NCBI GenBank assembly: GCA_951406725.2 | Contig: OX597817.1 | Location: 139,748,001-139,812,000, forward strand | DNA from: Octopus vulgaris | Taxonomy: Eukaryota | Direction of reading: 5' to 3' | DNA length: 64,000 nucleotides | Part shown: in pieces, positions 1-12,800 of the stretch | How positions within the stretch are numbered: position 1 is the stretch's first letter | How the letters are laid out: every line of letters begins with the position of its first letter | Program-made: the position numbers and the translations under genes | Notes under the pieces: generated by a model | What the model was told of the DNA's origin: nothing | The model's input: the letters and a program-made list of their open reading frames with translations, nothing else | Database searches by the model: none

Positions 1-917
1 ATTGTCCTGATGATACATCACTCCTTTTCGAATCACTAAAGTGGGTCTTTTTTCTTCAAAGCTTGGTTCAAATGCTCTAATTGCTGACAGTAGACTTGAG
101 CATTGATTGTTGCATTAGGTGGTAACAATTCAAAGTGAATTACTCCTTTGCAATCCCACTAGATAGAGAGAACCTTTTTCCCATGAAGTTCCCTTCTCAG
201 TTGTGGTTGAGCTTTTCCCCTTTTACCAAGCTACTGTTTACAACGTTTAACATTTCAATAGAAGATCCATTTTTCGTCACCAGTCACGAGTCTATCCAAA
301 AAGGGTGAAATGAGTTTGCGAGAATGGAGAGAAGAGCAGATGTCAACTCGGGATTTGTGGTTGCTTTCGGACAATTCATGAGGCACATATTTTCCAAGTT
401 TAGGAACCCTTCCAAGTTGTTGAAGATGACGAACAGTTGTATGGTTTGAACTAAACTTTATTGCCAATTCTTCACCTGATAATGCAGGATTTTCTTCAAG
501 TAATGCCTCAAGGAACTTATCATCAAACTCAACTGGATGTCCTGTTTGATCTTCATCTTCAAGGCTGAAATCTCCACTCCTGAATTTTGCAAACCGTCTT
601 CTGCAAGTTCTTTCATTCAAGCATTCTTTCCCATAAACTGAGTGTATGTTTTGAGTCGCTTCGGCTGCAGAGTTTCCTTTTTTGTACTCATAAAGCATTA
701 TGTGCCTTAAATGCTCTTTGGATACTTCCATGTTAGAAAGGGTTTTAATCAAAGAAATTTTAATTCTATTATTCTGTAAAATAATATTTAATTAGTTTAA
801 ATGTACACAAGTGCATAAAAATAATTTTTAATTCCATTAGACATTCTACAATACTATTAAATTTCATTCAATTTTAAAAAAGGTAAAATCGGACAGAACT
901 TATGGGATGACCTGATA
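1..917 (-). mobile_element. Defective mariner (DD34D-type) transposon, 5' part
   Basis: ORF 255-752 has a mariner HTH N-terminus, KYVPHEL (WVPHEL motif) and VTGDEKWIFY followed by a stop. RKGVMYHQDN is encoded at 1-30. A TIR-like end TATCAGGTCATCCCATAAGTT lies at about 897-917. Confidence 0.92.
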
Positions 918-1421
918 AATCATCGTCATCATCATCGTTTAACATCCGCTTTCCATGCTAGCATGGGTTGGACAATTTGACTGCTGTCTGGCAAACCAGA
1001 TGGCTGCACCAGGCTCCAATCTGATCTGGCAGAGTTTCTAGATAAATAATGTACATAATTCCTCATCTCTTAAATATAGAAATGTATTAGATGTGAGTGG
1101 TTGAATGTGGCTAGCTTGAACACAGGATAGGTAGAATGTTTGGGTCAGAAATGGCTGGCGCAATTGCTGAATCTTGTATGATGCCTTGGTCACATGACTA
1201 ATTTAACAATACAACATTTGTCATCCTCCTCCTCCTCATCACTTTCCATTTACTTCCCATCCGGCATAGGTTGGGCAGATTGTCTGAATCAGTTCCCACT
1301 AGGAATTACTACTCTTAAACACAGTGATTGCATCTCATTTGTATGTTTTGTTTTCACAGTTTCTATGATTGGGTACCCTTCCTATCACCAACCACATTAC
1401 AATATACACTGGATATATATC

Positions 1422-1652
1422 TGTTTCTTTATTACCCACAAAGGGCTAAACATAGAGGGGACAAACAAGGACAAACGGATTTAGTCGATTACATCGACCT
1501 CATTGCATAACTGGTACTTAATTTATCGACCCCGAAAGGATGAAAGGCAAAGTAGACCTCGGCGGAATTTGAACTCAGAATGTAACGGCAGACGACATAC
1601 CGCTAAGTATTTCACCTGGCTTGCTAATGATTCTGCCAGCTCGCCGCCGCCT
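1422..1652 (-). mobile_element. tRNA-derived SINE, family B (GGCGAGCTGGCAGAA head)
   Basis: Near-identical copies elsewhere in the window; B-box-like GAGTTCAAATTCC; 20-bp TSD atatacactggatatatatc at 1402-1421 and 1656-1675. Confidence 0.88.
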
Positions 1653-2124
1653 TATATATACACTGGATATATATCCTCATAGCCCCAGCAGTAGAGAGAT
1701 TGTTAATTCCTTGACAAGTCTAAAGGGTGCTCTCAGCCACTTCAGGGTGTGCAGTGGGGATGCTAGTACTATGAGAGTACTTTGTTTTCATACCCTGTGA
1801 CATTAAAGAATTCTAAGATTTGTCCTCTTATGACAACATGCCTGACAAAATGAATTCTGGAGATGTTTGTCAGTATCAGATTATTTCTCTGTCACATACA
1901 AATGTCAATAAGATGGTTTTACTTTTTAATTCCAAATTTCTTTTGAGTAACTGGTTGTTGAAATATTTGTAGTCATCTATGCACTTATGTGTGTGTATAT
2001 GTGTAGCTATATGTTTACGTGCAAATCATCCTATGACACGTTTTAATATGTGTTTGAAATATTGCTCATCGTTTATTTAACCTCTGAGGTTGTTGAAATC
2101 CTGATTTTGCTTTCTTGTAATGAT

Positions 2125-2275
2125 TTGTACAGAGTGAGTTTTCCGAGCTGCCATACCTTCATAATCACCATTAGACTCATCCAACTCTTTCCAAATCCTC
2201 TTTACTGTTCTCAGATTGACACACAAACATTCTGAAATGTTTGTATTGGAGATACACCATGCCGTTTCCAAATCA
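2125..2275 (-). mobile_element. Short fragment of the maT-like transposase also seen at 4425-5058
   Basis: Encodes [39 protein letters not shown], nearly identical to the 4630-4899 ORF. Confidence 0.85.
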
Positions 2276-3755
2276 TTACAAGAAAGCACACTATTGATTT
2301 CTGGCTTTACACAAGATATTAAGCATTAGAGGTTGTGTGACACTTATTGCTGAAACTTATTAACAGTGTAAGTGATATGGTGGCTTTCATTCTGAAATTG
2401 AACTTAGATCAACAATTTAGTCCTTTGAGGCATAAACCTTTAGCTCTTTTGCAACTGTTTATAAGAAATAATGATAATCATTTAATATTAATTAATTTGT
2501 GTTTGTCTTTATATTACAACTGTTGTGTTTGTTATATATTGTTATGTGACCAGAGTTGGTCAAAAAGTATTGTGCCAAACCAATTTTAGGGAATTTTGTT
2601 AAATGTTTGTTTGGCATTTCATGCTTTTTAGAACTGATCAAGTTGACAAGTTCATTGATTTCATTAATTATACCATTTTGTTTCGAGCTGTTGAAATGAA
2701 ATTAATGATTCTCATACCCTCTCCTCCCTCATACACACACACACTTAAACAACTTGATGTTACATTTATATAATGTTAAAATAATCGGTATTCAGTTTTA
2801 CTTTTATATCATGACAAATGCTACTAATTATGAATGATTACTTGTGTATTTGTATCTTAATTATTCAGATTTAATTTAAATGAAGCTATAATAATTATTA
2901 TTATTATTATAAGTTCTTGATCTGCTAGCAGTGATGGTACCTACCAAAGAACTGAGACTAATTTCCAAGCAGGAAAGTAAATTTGAGCATAAATACTGCT
3001 GTAAGCCTTGACACAGTGTCTGAAGGGAAGACCACAACAATGGGAATTGGTTTAGTGTTGGTTTAGAAGGTTTCAGTCTGGAAATATGGATACCAGTAAT
3101 GAACTATGGGAGAAGCTCAGAGCAGTGAAAATAACTTGAGTAAAATGGTTTGAACACTTGTGGAAGTTTACTATTCTTCCACAGTGACCTTATGTCATCT
3201 GAAGGCATTATGAAATATTTTTAAAAGCAGAAAAGCATGAATTTCACATATAATTCATACTTTGTGTTCTACAGTTGTTTCATCAGGATAAATGTGATTA
3301 AATTATAATTATTTAATTATGATACATAATTGAATTAATTTAAAAACTATTTACCCAAATTATAAGTATTAATGGCACATAGTATTACTAATGATTTGGG
3401 TCAGAATGGTTTTTAATTTAATTTAAATTAACTGTGTATCACATATTAGCATAGCCTTTTATTTAAGAGCTTTAGGGGACTGAGTCCACAACTCAGTTTT
3501 AATTCCTAATAAGAGCCTTTCCACTTTCACATGCATCACAAATGTGAGTTTTCTTGAGAAACAACTCTCAATTTTCATTTTCTTTCTTTTTTTAAAAAAT
3601 CTCAGATTTTATATTTATGAGAAACCATAATTAAAGTTAAAAAAAAAAAGAAAATTGTTCAAAAATGTGTCATATTTTGTAAACAGCAATGGAATATTGT
3701 ATCTTTAATTTGATTTTAATTTATTAATTTTTTTCCTTTTTTTTTCTTTCAAAAG

Positions 3756-3829
3756 GCCCCAGAAAAAGAAAGAATTTGGTTTCTCTAACTTTGGTAATAA
3801 AATCAAAGAAGTATTTAAAAGTTCTTCAA
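3756..3829 (+). CDS. SNX14: SNX14 exon ([24 protein letters not shown])
   Basis: Polypyrimidine tract plus AG at 3754-3755, GTAAGT donor. Resembles SNX14 ESFGISRIGSKIKGVFKST; phase fits the next exon. Confidence 0.88.
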
Positions 3830-6800
3830 GTAAGTCAGTTATATTGCTGATCATGTTAGTTTGAAACCTCTTTGGTGCCAGATCTTTGTATATTTGTTGA
3901 CACCATTTTATCTCAACAGAAGAATTTAGTGCCAATTGATGGAAAATTGCTTTAGACACACTTGAGTGTATGTTTTGGTAATTATCTCTGTTTGAAAGGG
4001 AAATCTACCTGGGTAGATAACAGTCGAAGGAAACAATCCACCCAACATTATTATACAGTTTATATTCCTGTGAGGATTGTGGTGGCAGAGTCCACTGACA
4101 CACCTACCAGAGGGGGTCCTGTCAACCATTAGTTATTGATCTGGTTTGATTCCCAAATGAGGCCAATGATGGTTAGAGATTACGGCTTCAACAGAATGTG
4201 CATGTTCATAAAAGTCAGTCACACTTGACCAGTCAGAGACATAGTTAGTAGATTGTTCAGTTGTGCAACCATAAAAGGTAGTACGTTGACTCAGTATTAA
4301 TTAGGAGGTTGTGTTTTAAAGGCTATCCTAAGTTAATTAAATGTGTATATCTTATGAGATCCTTGATGGCTTTCAATGAAAGCTTATAAATAGAAGAGTG
4401 CAGTAAATAAATTTTCATCTAAATTATAGTTGTTCTGTGTGTTTACCATCTGATCCTGGCAGAAATTTTTCTCGTCTGAAAAAAACCAAAGCATGTTCAG
4501 TTGAAAAGGATTCTTTAGTTTGTTCAAAAGCATCATAGTGTGGTCTTTCCTCTTGTCCTTGATGGCTTGGGGTAAAAATTGGCCCCTTCTCATCTTGTAT
4601 GAGGAGTACCAAATGTCTTCATGTACTACCTACCTGATAAGAAACTTGGACACTTCCATGTCTCTGGAAATGGATCTGACTGACTTGGAAGGATCACTGT
4701 CAATCATGGCCTGGATCTCACCAACAAATTCAGGAGTTCTGTTCTTATCAGAATGATCAGAGTGAGTTTTCCGAGCTGCCATACCTTCATAAACACCATT
4801 AGACTCATCCAACTCTTTCCAAATCCTCTGTACTGTCCTCAGATTGACACCCAAACATTCTGAAATATTTGTATTGGAGGTGCACCATGTCATTTCCAAA
4901 TTTCTGGCTGAGTGAATTGTGTCATGGTGCTATTTTTCTCACAGATGGTGCCCAGCTGACCCTACTATACTGTGTAGTGAACAAAATCAAAAACAAACAA
5001 TGCACATGCATGAAATTAAAAATATAAAATGGCAACAATCTACCCATTGCACCCTGTACCTCCGGTTCTCTTTCTTCAAATGTTTTACCTAGCTTTTCTC
5101 TATCTGAGCAGACATATCCATACTTTCTCTTGGGTTTTGCATATCTTCGATTACATTGTTATTTTGGATATAAAAATATTACATCCTATGTTTCTGATAT
5201 TTTCTCTTACAGTTGAAGGCAAACTTCCTGAAGTTGAAAACACGGACGATGCTGACACAGTTACCATTGCCGTATGTAAAAGTTTCACATCTTCTGTAAA
5301 CACAAAACAGTTTAAAATCTCAAAAAAAAAAGAGGAGAAAAAAATAACGAAACAAAAACAATTTAATATCTTCTGTTAAGGGAAAATAGTTTAATATTTA
5401 TTTCTGTCCTCTTTCTTGTTCCTTTCTCTCTCTCTCCCTCCCTCTCTCTTCGTTTCCTTCCCTCTCTCTCCCTCTCTGTTTCCTTCCCCCTTTCTCTCTC
5501 TCTTTTGCTGGGTAACCATATACCTCCTCTGTTTCTGCCTCTCTTTTTCTCTGTTACACTCTAACCTTTCATCATTTGATAATGGTTCACCTCTGCCAAT
5601 GCCCCCCCCCCACCTGTTATAGCAAGACACCTGTTATAGCAAGACACCTGTTTCTGTCTCTCTGTCACACTCTAAACTTTCATCCTCTGACACAAGTTCC
5701 CTTCCTCAAATGTTCCTGCCTCTCATAATTCCTTATCTTGTGGGTTACTTGGTGACCCTGCCAGTGCTGGGGTCACATAAAAAGCATCCAGTCCACACTA
5801 ACATGGTTGGCATTTGGAAGGCCATGTAAAATGCATTGAGTCCATTCTGCAGAGTGGTTGGTGTTAAGAAGGGCATCCAGCCATAAAAATCCTGCCAAAT
5901 CAGACACAATAGCATGGGGTAGTATTTTACCTGGCTGGCTCCATCAACCATCTTACCCATGCATGCATGGAAGACAGACATTAAACGTTGATGATGATCT
6001 TAATGCTGTTTAATATCTCCTGTTAACACATCAGTTTAATACCTTCTGTTGACAGTTTGATATGTCCTGTTAACACAAAACTGTTTAATGTCTTCTAACA
6101 TAGAGTTGTTCAACTTCTGTAAACACAAAACTATTTAATATCTTCTACTACCACAAAACGCTTTAATATTTTCGGTTAACACAGAGCAGTTTACAATCTT
6201 CTAAGTGTTTTGAAATTTTGAATCTTTTATATTTTGATTAGTACCATAAATCCTCGAGTATAATCTGCACTTTTTCCCCAAAATTTATAGGTCAAAATCC
6301 CTAGTGCGTACTATATACGAGGTTAAAAATGAAAAATATTTTATAAGCAATGTCCGAGTCTCTATTTGCTGTCCGGCAATGTTTATTCAGACGCATTTTG
6401 TGATGTTGTGTGTGAAAATACTTTAAGCTAAGCCTGAAAGCAATGAAGTCATAAAAGAATCACCCATAACTTGCAGTTAGTAACATTTATTAAAATAAAA
6501 GTATTCAGATCACAAAATAGTATGTAACAAAAACAATTTGCAAACATATTTACATTCCCATATAACAGTTAAGAATATCACCATTATTGTATTACACATG
6601 CGCGGAAGTGTTTGTTCAACTAGGTGCTGCTGGCTTAATTACGCATGACTCAAGTTAGAGAAGGGGTGCGTATTATACACAAGGTTTAGGTTTTTCAGAA
6701 GTACAGCTCTCTAAGAATCCCCTGTGTATTATACTCAAGGGCGGACTATACTCGAAGATTTACAGTAATTCCTTGTTAGCCCACCTCTCCCTGTCACTCC

Positions 6801-9800
6801 ATTCATAAATTATTTCTCTTCTCATTTGTTTTATATTTATTAATGTGTGATAGGAAAGTGAGAGATGAGATTCTGGCAAAAAAACACTGATTGTTTCAAT
6901 GACAAAATAATGGTTTTACTGTGTATTAACCTTGGCAAATACGACGTTCTGGTTGGAAATTATTTCTTCACTAATCCCCATGTTTTTCAGGGGAAAATCA
7001 ATGTAAATGAGAATAAGAAGAGTATTAATGTGAATAAGACAGGTTTCTAAATATTACCTAAATAAAACCATGGGTTCAAGTGGTTGTCTCAGTGTATTGT
7101 TTCATTAACTGTTTTATTTGATTAGCTTTGAATGCTAATTAACACATTTCCATTGTTTCTGGAGTTACATATAAAATTAGTGCTTCTAGAAATATCACTG
7201 ATATTTTAAAATGTTAATCATCTCTAATTAGTCGTTTAATATGATTGTTGTTTGTGGTTGTTGGAAAGAAGATTGATCGGTGTTGGTAATTTGAGGTTGA
7301 GGGAGGTAGGTAGGTGTCAGTGGTGAGACATGGGATGGTGGGGTGGATGGAGACAGGAGGAGGTGGCACGTTGGATTGCTCTAGGGTTATTGTAGAGTTC
7401 ACAAAATCAATGGGGCAGAGACTGTTTTAGGAGCAGCTGATGTGGCAGAGTGATGATACAAATAAAACATGTGATTCATCATCATCATCATCATCGTTTA
7501 ACGTCCACTTTCCATGCTAGCATGGGTTGGACGGTTCGACCGGGGTCTGGGAAGCCAGGAGGCTGCACCAGGCCCAGTCTGATCTGGCAGTGTTTTTACA
7601 GCTGGATGCCTTTCCTGATGCCAACCACTCCGTGAGTGTAGTGGGTGTCTTTTACGTGCCAGGCGAGGCTGGCAACGGCCACGATCGGTTGGTGCTTTTT
7701 ACGTGCCACCAGCATGGATTGTTTATAATAGATGTGTTTAAAATATATAAGCCAAAAGTCTGAAATGGTACTAATGATCATATTTTTCTCAGTCTTGTAG
7801 TTCTCTTGAAGATGAAATTTCATATGAAAACTTTTATGATTGGTCATCAAATTGGGAATGTCCTCTCCATGACTTGAGTACATGGAGAATTACCATTCCA
7901 CGCATTGGAGGACGGCCAGACCCTGACAACATAAAGAAACTGTTTTTTGTCTTCATCATTGATGTTCATAGAGTTGATGTTTCATCAGAAGGTCAGTTTG
8001 CTTTTGCAAATTAATTTTAATGAAATTGGAAATAAATAGTTAAAATGTTTTTAAATATTTACATTAAAGCCACAGGTGACAAATATGTCCGACTGATTAA
8101 AAAAATCCTAGAATAAGAAAACAGACAAAGCCCATGCTGTTGTCACCGACAACAGCATGGACTTTGTCTATCTTCCTACCCTATTAGAGGATTTAAATAA
8201 AATTATACAAATGTATCCAACTGATTAAAAAAGTTCTGCTTATTTATGCAGCTGAGGATTGCTCTGCATTTAAATTGATGTAATGATTGCATTGTTTAAT
8301 TAAATGGAGCTGCTTGAAACGGTTGTACTGCATCACCTCTGGATATCCTGTTGCTTATTTTGATTTTATTCACCTTATTTCGAAAGTATACTGATAATAC
8401 CATACTGACTTGGTGCTTCAACTTAAGTACCTAATTCATCTGAATCTCAGTTATTTATATTAAAGTGTTATTTTGAGATATTCAGGAGACGTCTCTAGAA
8501 GTCTTCCAAGTAATGTTTGGATATCTTAAAAACATTTACTCTAACAACTGAGACAAAATATATATGTCTTTACTGCCCACAAGGGGCTAAACATAGAGGG
8601 GACAAACAAGGACAGACAAAGGGATTAAGTCGATTACATCGACCCCAGTGTGAAACTGGTACTTTATTTATCGACCCCGAAAGGATGAAGGCAAAGTCGA
8701 CCTCGGTGGAATTTGAACTCAGAACGTAACGGCAGACGAAATACTGCTAAGCATTTCGCCTGGCGCGCTAACGTTTCTGCCAGCTTGCCACCTTCCTAAC
8801 AACTGAGACAAAATATTTTTATTTATTTATTTTTATTTTATCTAGTTTCAGCTCATGAGCTGTGGCCATGCTGGGGCACCGCCATTTATATTTGAATATT
8901 ATTTAATAAAAGAATACATTTACAATAAAAGGTGTGTATGTGCAAACAGGGATTTGCAATTGTCCACTGAGGTTTGTGTTTTTGATACTAACCTCATGCC
9001 ATCCTTGCCCCACCAGGTTTGCTGGCACCCCAGGTAAGCTGAACTTTGGCATGTACAAGCTGATGCTCGTTGGAATTTCTTTGTCTTTGTCATGCCCTCC
9101 TTGGTGCATCCCCTAGTTCATGGCTTCCTGGGCAACTGCCCGAGTTGCTGGTACCTTGAGCTGGCTCTGCCTACCACACTTATCCAAGACATGAAGTCTC
9201 TATCAATGATACATCTAAACATTGGTGAGATTTCACCAAAAATGTCTTCTCACGCATATATTTACACATCATATGGAACACATGTATCATACGGAATATC
9301 TAAATGGTTCTAAAATGTATCTCTATATGTGTGCTTGTGTGTTTTAGTGTCTCTGAAATATACTTAGAAAAGGAAATTTCTGTATTGTACAAAATCTAAT
9401 GTAAATATGCTATATGAACTTAATGCATACATGGTTCTGGGTTCAACCCCACTCTATGATACCTTGTGCAAGTGTCTACTACTATAGCCTTATGAGTGGA
9501 TTTAGTAGATGGAAACTGAAAGAAGCCTGTTGTATATATATATTTCTGTGTGTGTCTTTATGTCTGTGTTTGTCCCCCACCCCTGCTTGATAACAGTTGC
9601 TGGTGTGTTTATGTCCCTGTAACTTAGCGGTTCAGCAAAAGAGACTGATAAAATAAGTACCACAATTGAAAAAAAAAAGTTCTGGGGTTGATTCATTTGA
9701 CTAAAATTCTTCAGCATGGCCACAGTCTCATGACTGAAGCAAGTGAAAGATAATTAATAAAAAACTACTTTGAATCCACAAGTAATTAGTAAATTGCTAT

Positions 9801-12800
9801 TTTGATTTGCAGATGAATCTCAAAAGGCAAGTTGGACTGTTGCTAGGTAGGTGTTTTCATTATATTCAGAATCATTTATTAAAAGTAAATCTTCGTTAAT
9901 ACAATGTTTATTAAAACAAAAACTTGCATTTTAACAGAGATAGTAACAGGTCATGCATTTGGTTTGGCTGTTTCTTAATTCTTTATCACTTTTATATGGA
10001 ACACAAAATGCTGCAGCAAGTTCTTAGAAAATGAGGTTGTGGAAGTTTCACTTATTCCTTGAAAACTTTTCTAAAATGGATTGAAATTATGAATTTCCAT
10101 TTTATTTTCCCTTAACTCTGTTTTCTGGTTAAGAACAATTATTATCAACCACTCATTTAAATAAACTTTTTTAAAAATATTTTTGCAAAGATTTGAAATA
10201 CTTAGCCTTGAAATATCTAAGATTTGAGTGAAATAATAGAATTTTAAAAGAATAGAATTAAATTTCACAAAGTTTATCAACTTATTTTAGTCAATTCTAA
10301 TTTTCTTCATTTCTTTTAAAAATGGCTGTTGCTGTGTGTTTTATGTTTAAGCAGCATTTCTGAAACTGTGTTCTGGAAGAACCAATTTAAAGGCTGTCTT
10401 TGTTGTTTCGTTCTCTTTTATCTCTTGCAACTCTTTTGCAGGCGCTATCAAGAGTTTTATGTTCTAGAACAAAGACTGACTGAGTTCCATGGTAAGTCAT
10501 TGAATATAGACTTTGTCCTTGTAAATATTGTGAAAGTCTTGTGTGTAAAGGTTTTGAGTTCAAATTTTCTGAGGGGTTTAGGGTTATATCATTTAATGTC
10601 CATTGTCCATGCTGGCATGGGTTGGATGGTTTGACTGGGATGGCACGCTGGAAGACTGCACCAGACTTCAGTCTGATTTGGTCTGATTTGGTACGCTTTT
10701 CTATGGCTAGATGCCCTTCCTAATGCCAACAACTCTGAGAGTGTAATGGGTGCTTTTATGTGTAACCAGCATGACACCTGTGTCTGCCATGATTGCGATT
10801 TTGCTTGGCTTGATGGGTCTTCTTCTCAAGCATGACATAATGCCAAAGGTCTTGGTCAATTCCTCTGTAAGGTCTAACACTCGAAAGGAACTCAGCCACT
10901 TTGCCTCCATGAGGCTCAATGCTTGAAAGGTGTTCATTACATGCGACCAGCTTGAGTGCATTTGGCTTGACGGGTCCTCTCAAGCACAGCACATTGCCAA
11001 AGGTCTCGGTCACCAGTCATTGCCTCTGTGAGGCTCAAAGTTCGAAGATCATGCTTCACTACTCCATCCCATGTCTTTCTGGGTCTACCTCTACCACAGG
11101 TTCCCCTCCACAGAGATCAGCACTTCTTCACACAGCTGTCTTCATCCATACGTATCACATGACCATACCAGCACTGTCGTCTCTCTTGCACACTACATCT
11201 GATGCCTCTTATACCTAATTTTTCTAAGACATTTACAATCTGTCATATATGAAGACTGACATTACCCATCCTGCGGAGCACACTGGTTTCATTTCTTTCA
11301 GGCCTACGCATGTCCTTGGCTGTCGCAACCCATGTTTCACTACCATGTAGCAAGTCTTCTGGTACAGAAGTGAGGCAGAGCTGTGTCAGCGTTTCTGATA
11401 TTGGTGGTTGGGGTGGGAATAGGTGGATGCATCTCAAACAAGCAATGGCCACACACAAGAGATAGAAAGAGATAGAGAGATACCGGTAAGGGACTTGAGG
11501 CTTTTAGTGAGGCGAGGATCATAGCAAAGTATGGAAGTGGTCAAATTGAAAAATTTTAAGAATTCATCATCATCATGATGATCATCATCGCTTAACATCT
11601 GTTTTCCATGCTAGCATGGGCTGGACAGTTCGACCGGGGTATGGGAAGCCAGGAGGCTACACCAGGCTCCAGTCTGATCTGGCAGTGTTTCTACAGCTGG
11701 ATGCCCTTCCTATGGCCAGTCACTCCGTGAGTGTAGTGGGTGCTTTTTACGTGCCACCGACACAGGTGCCAGGGGAGGCTGGAAACGGCCACGATCGGTT
11801 GGTGGTTTTTACGTCCCACCAACACGGAAGCCAGTCAAGGCGGCGCTGGCATCAGCCACATATGGATGGTGCTTTTTATGTGCCAGGGTAGGCTGGCAAT
11901 GGCCACGATTGGTTGGTACTTTTTACGTGCCACCGGCACATAAGCCACAAAGTTATTTTACCTCAAAATACACATTAGCGTCACATGTAAGTATGTTAGT
12001 ATTACAAGTTAGAGAAGAGAATGGTGAGTGATTAAAAGCTAGAGGAATTTTCTTAAACTTATCTGGGCATTTCATGTGGTAATGATAAAATCAACAAACA
12101 GCGGAGCAAGAATGTGAGACTTTGAAAGAGCAGAAGGGTTCTAGAAATAGGTTTATGTGGAAACAATCTCAGAACAATTAAAAAAGAAGAGTGATTTAGC
12201 TAGAAAGGGAGATGAAAATAGTTAATCTTCATTGTGTGTGTGTGGATGTGTGTATGTTCATCTTCAGCCCACATCCACGTTATTCTTTCTTCTCACTTTC
12301 TTACCAGCCAAAATGTAATTGCCATAGGTGCTTCTCTCTCTCTCTCTCTCTTCACTGCTATCACAATTGCTTTCTCTTTCTGTTGGTCATCTTAGTGTAA
12401 ATGAATGTGCAATATAGAACAGTGAGCCCCTTTTGTCAGCAGTGTTGGTGCCATAATAAACTGCTCTTTATACTCAATGAGAAAACCCTTTTGTCTTGTC
12501 CTGCTGGGGACATGGCAGCCTCACATGTGCTGGTGCTACAAAGGTATAATCCAGTGCACTTTTGTAAAGTTGTTGGTATTAGGAACGGCATCCAGTCATA
12601 GAAATCACATAAGAAAAGAATGTCTGAATGAGATTTTGTTTCCCAAATTCCTTGAGAAAGGCAGCAATTCTGAAATAAGAATTTGCTCAGACTGTGATGA
12701 CCTGCGTAACTCTTAACAGCAGGGAAAGCTGACATAAAATGGTGATGATAGTGGTGATGATGATCTTATTTATTGTGATGTTGATATTTATATCTGTTTT

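Noticed and set aside
2913-2980. Possible additional upstream SNX14 exon
   Set aside because: Weak splice signals and no recognisable similarity to SNX14.
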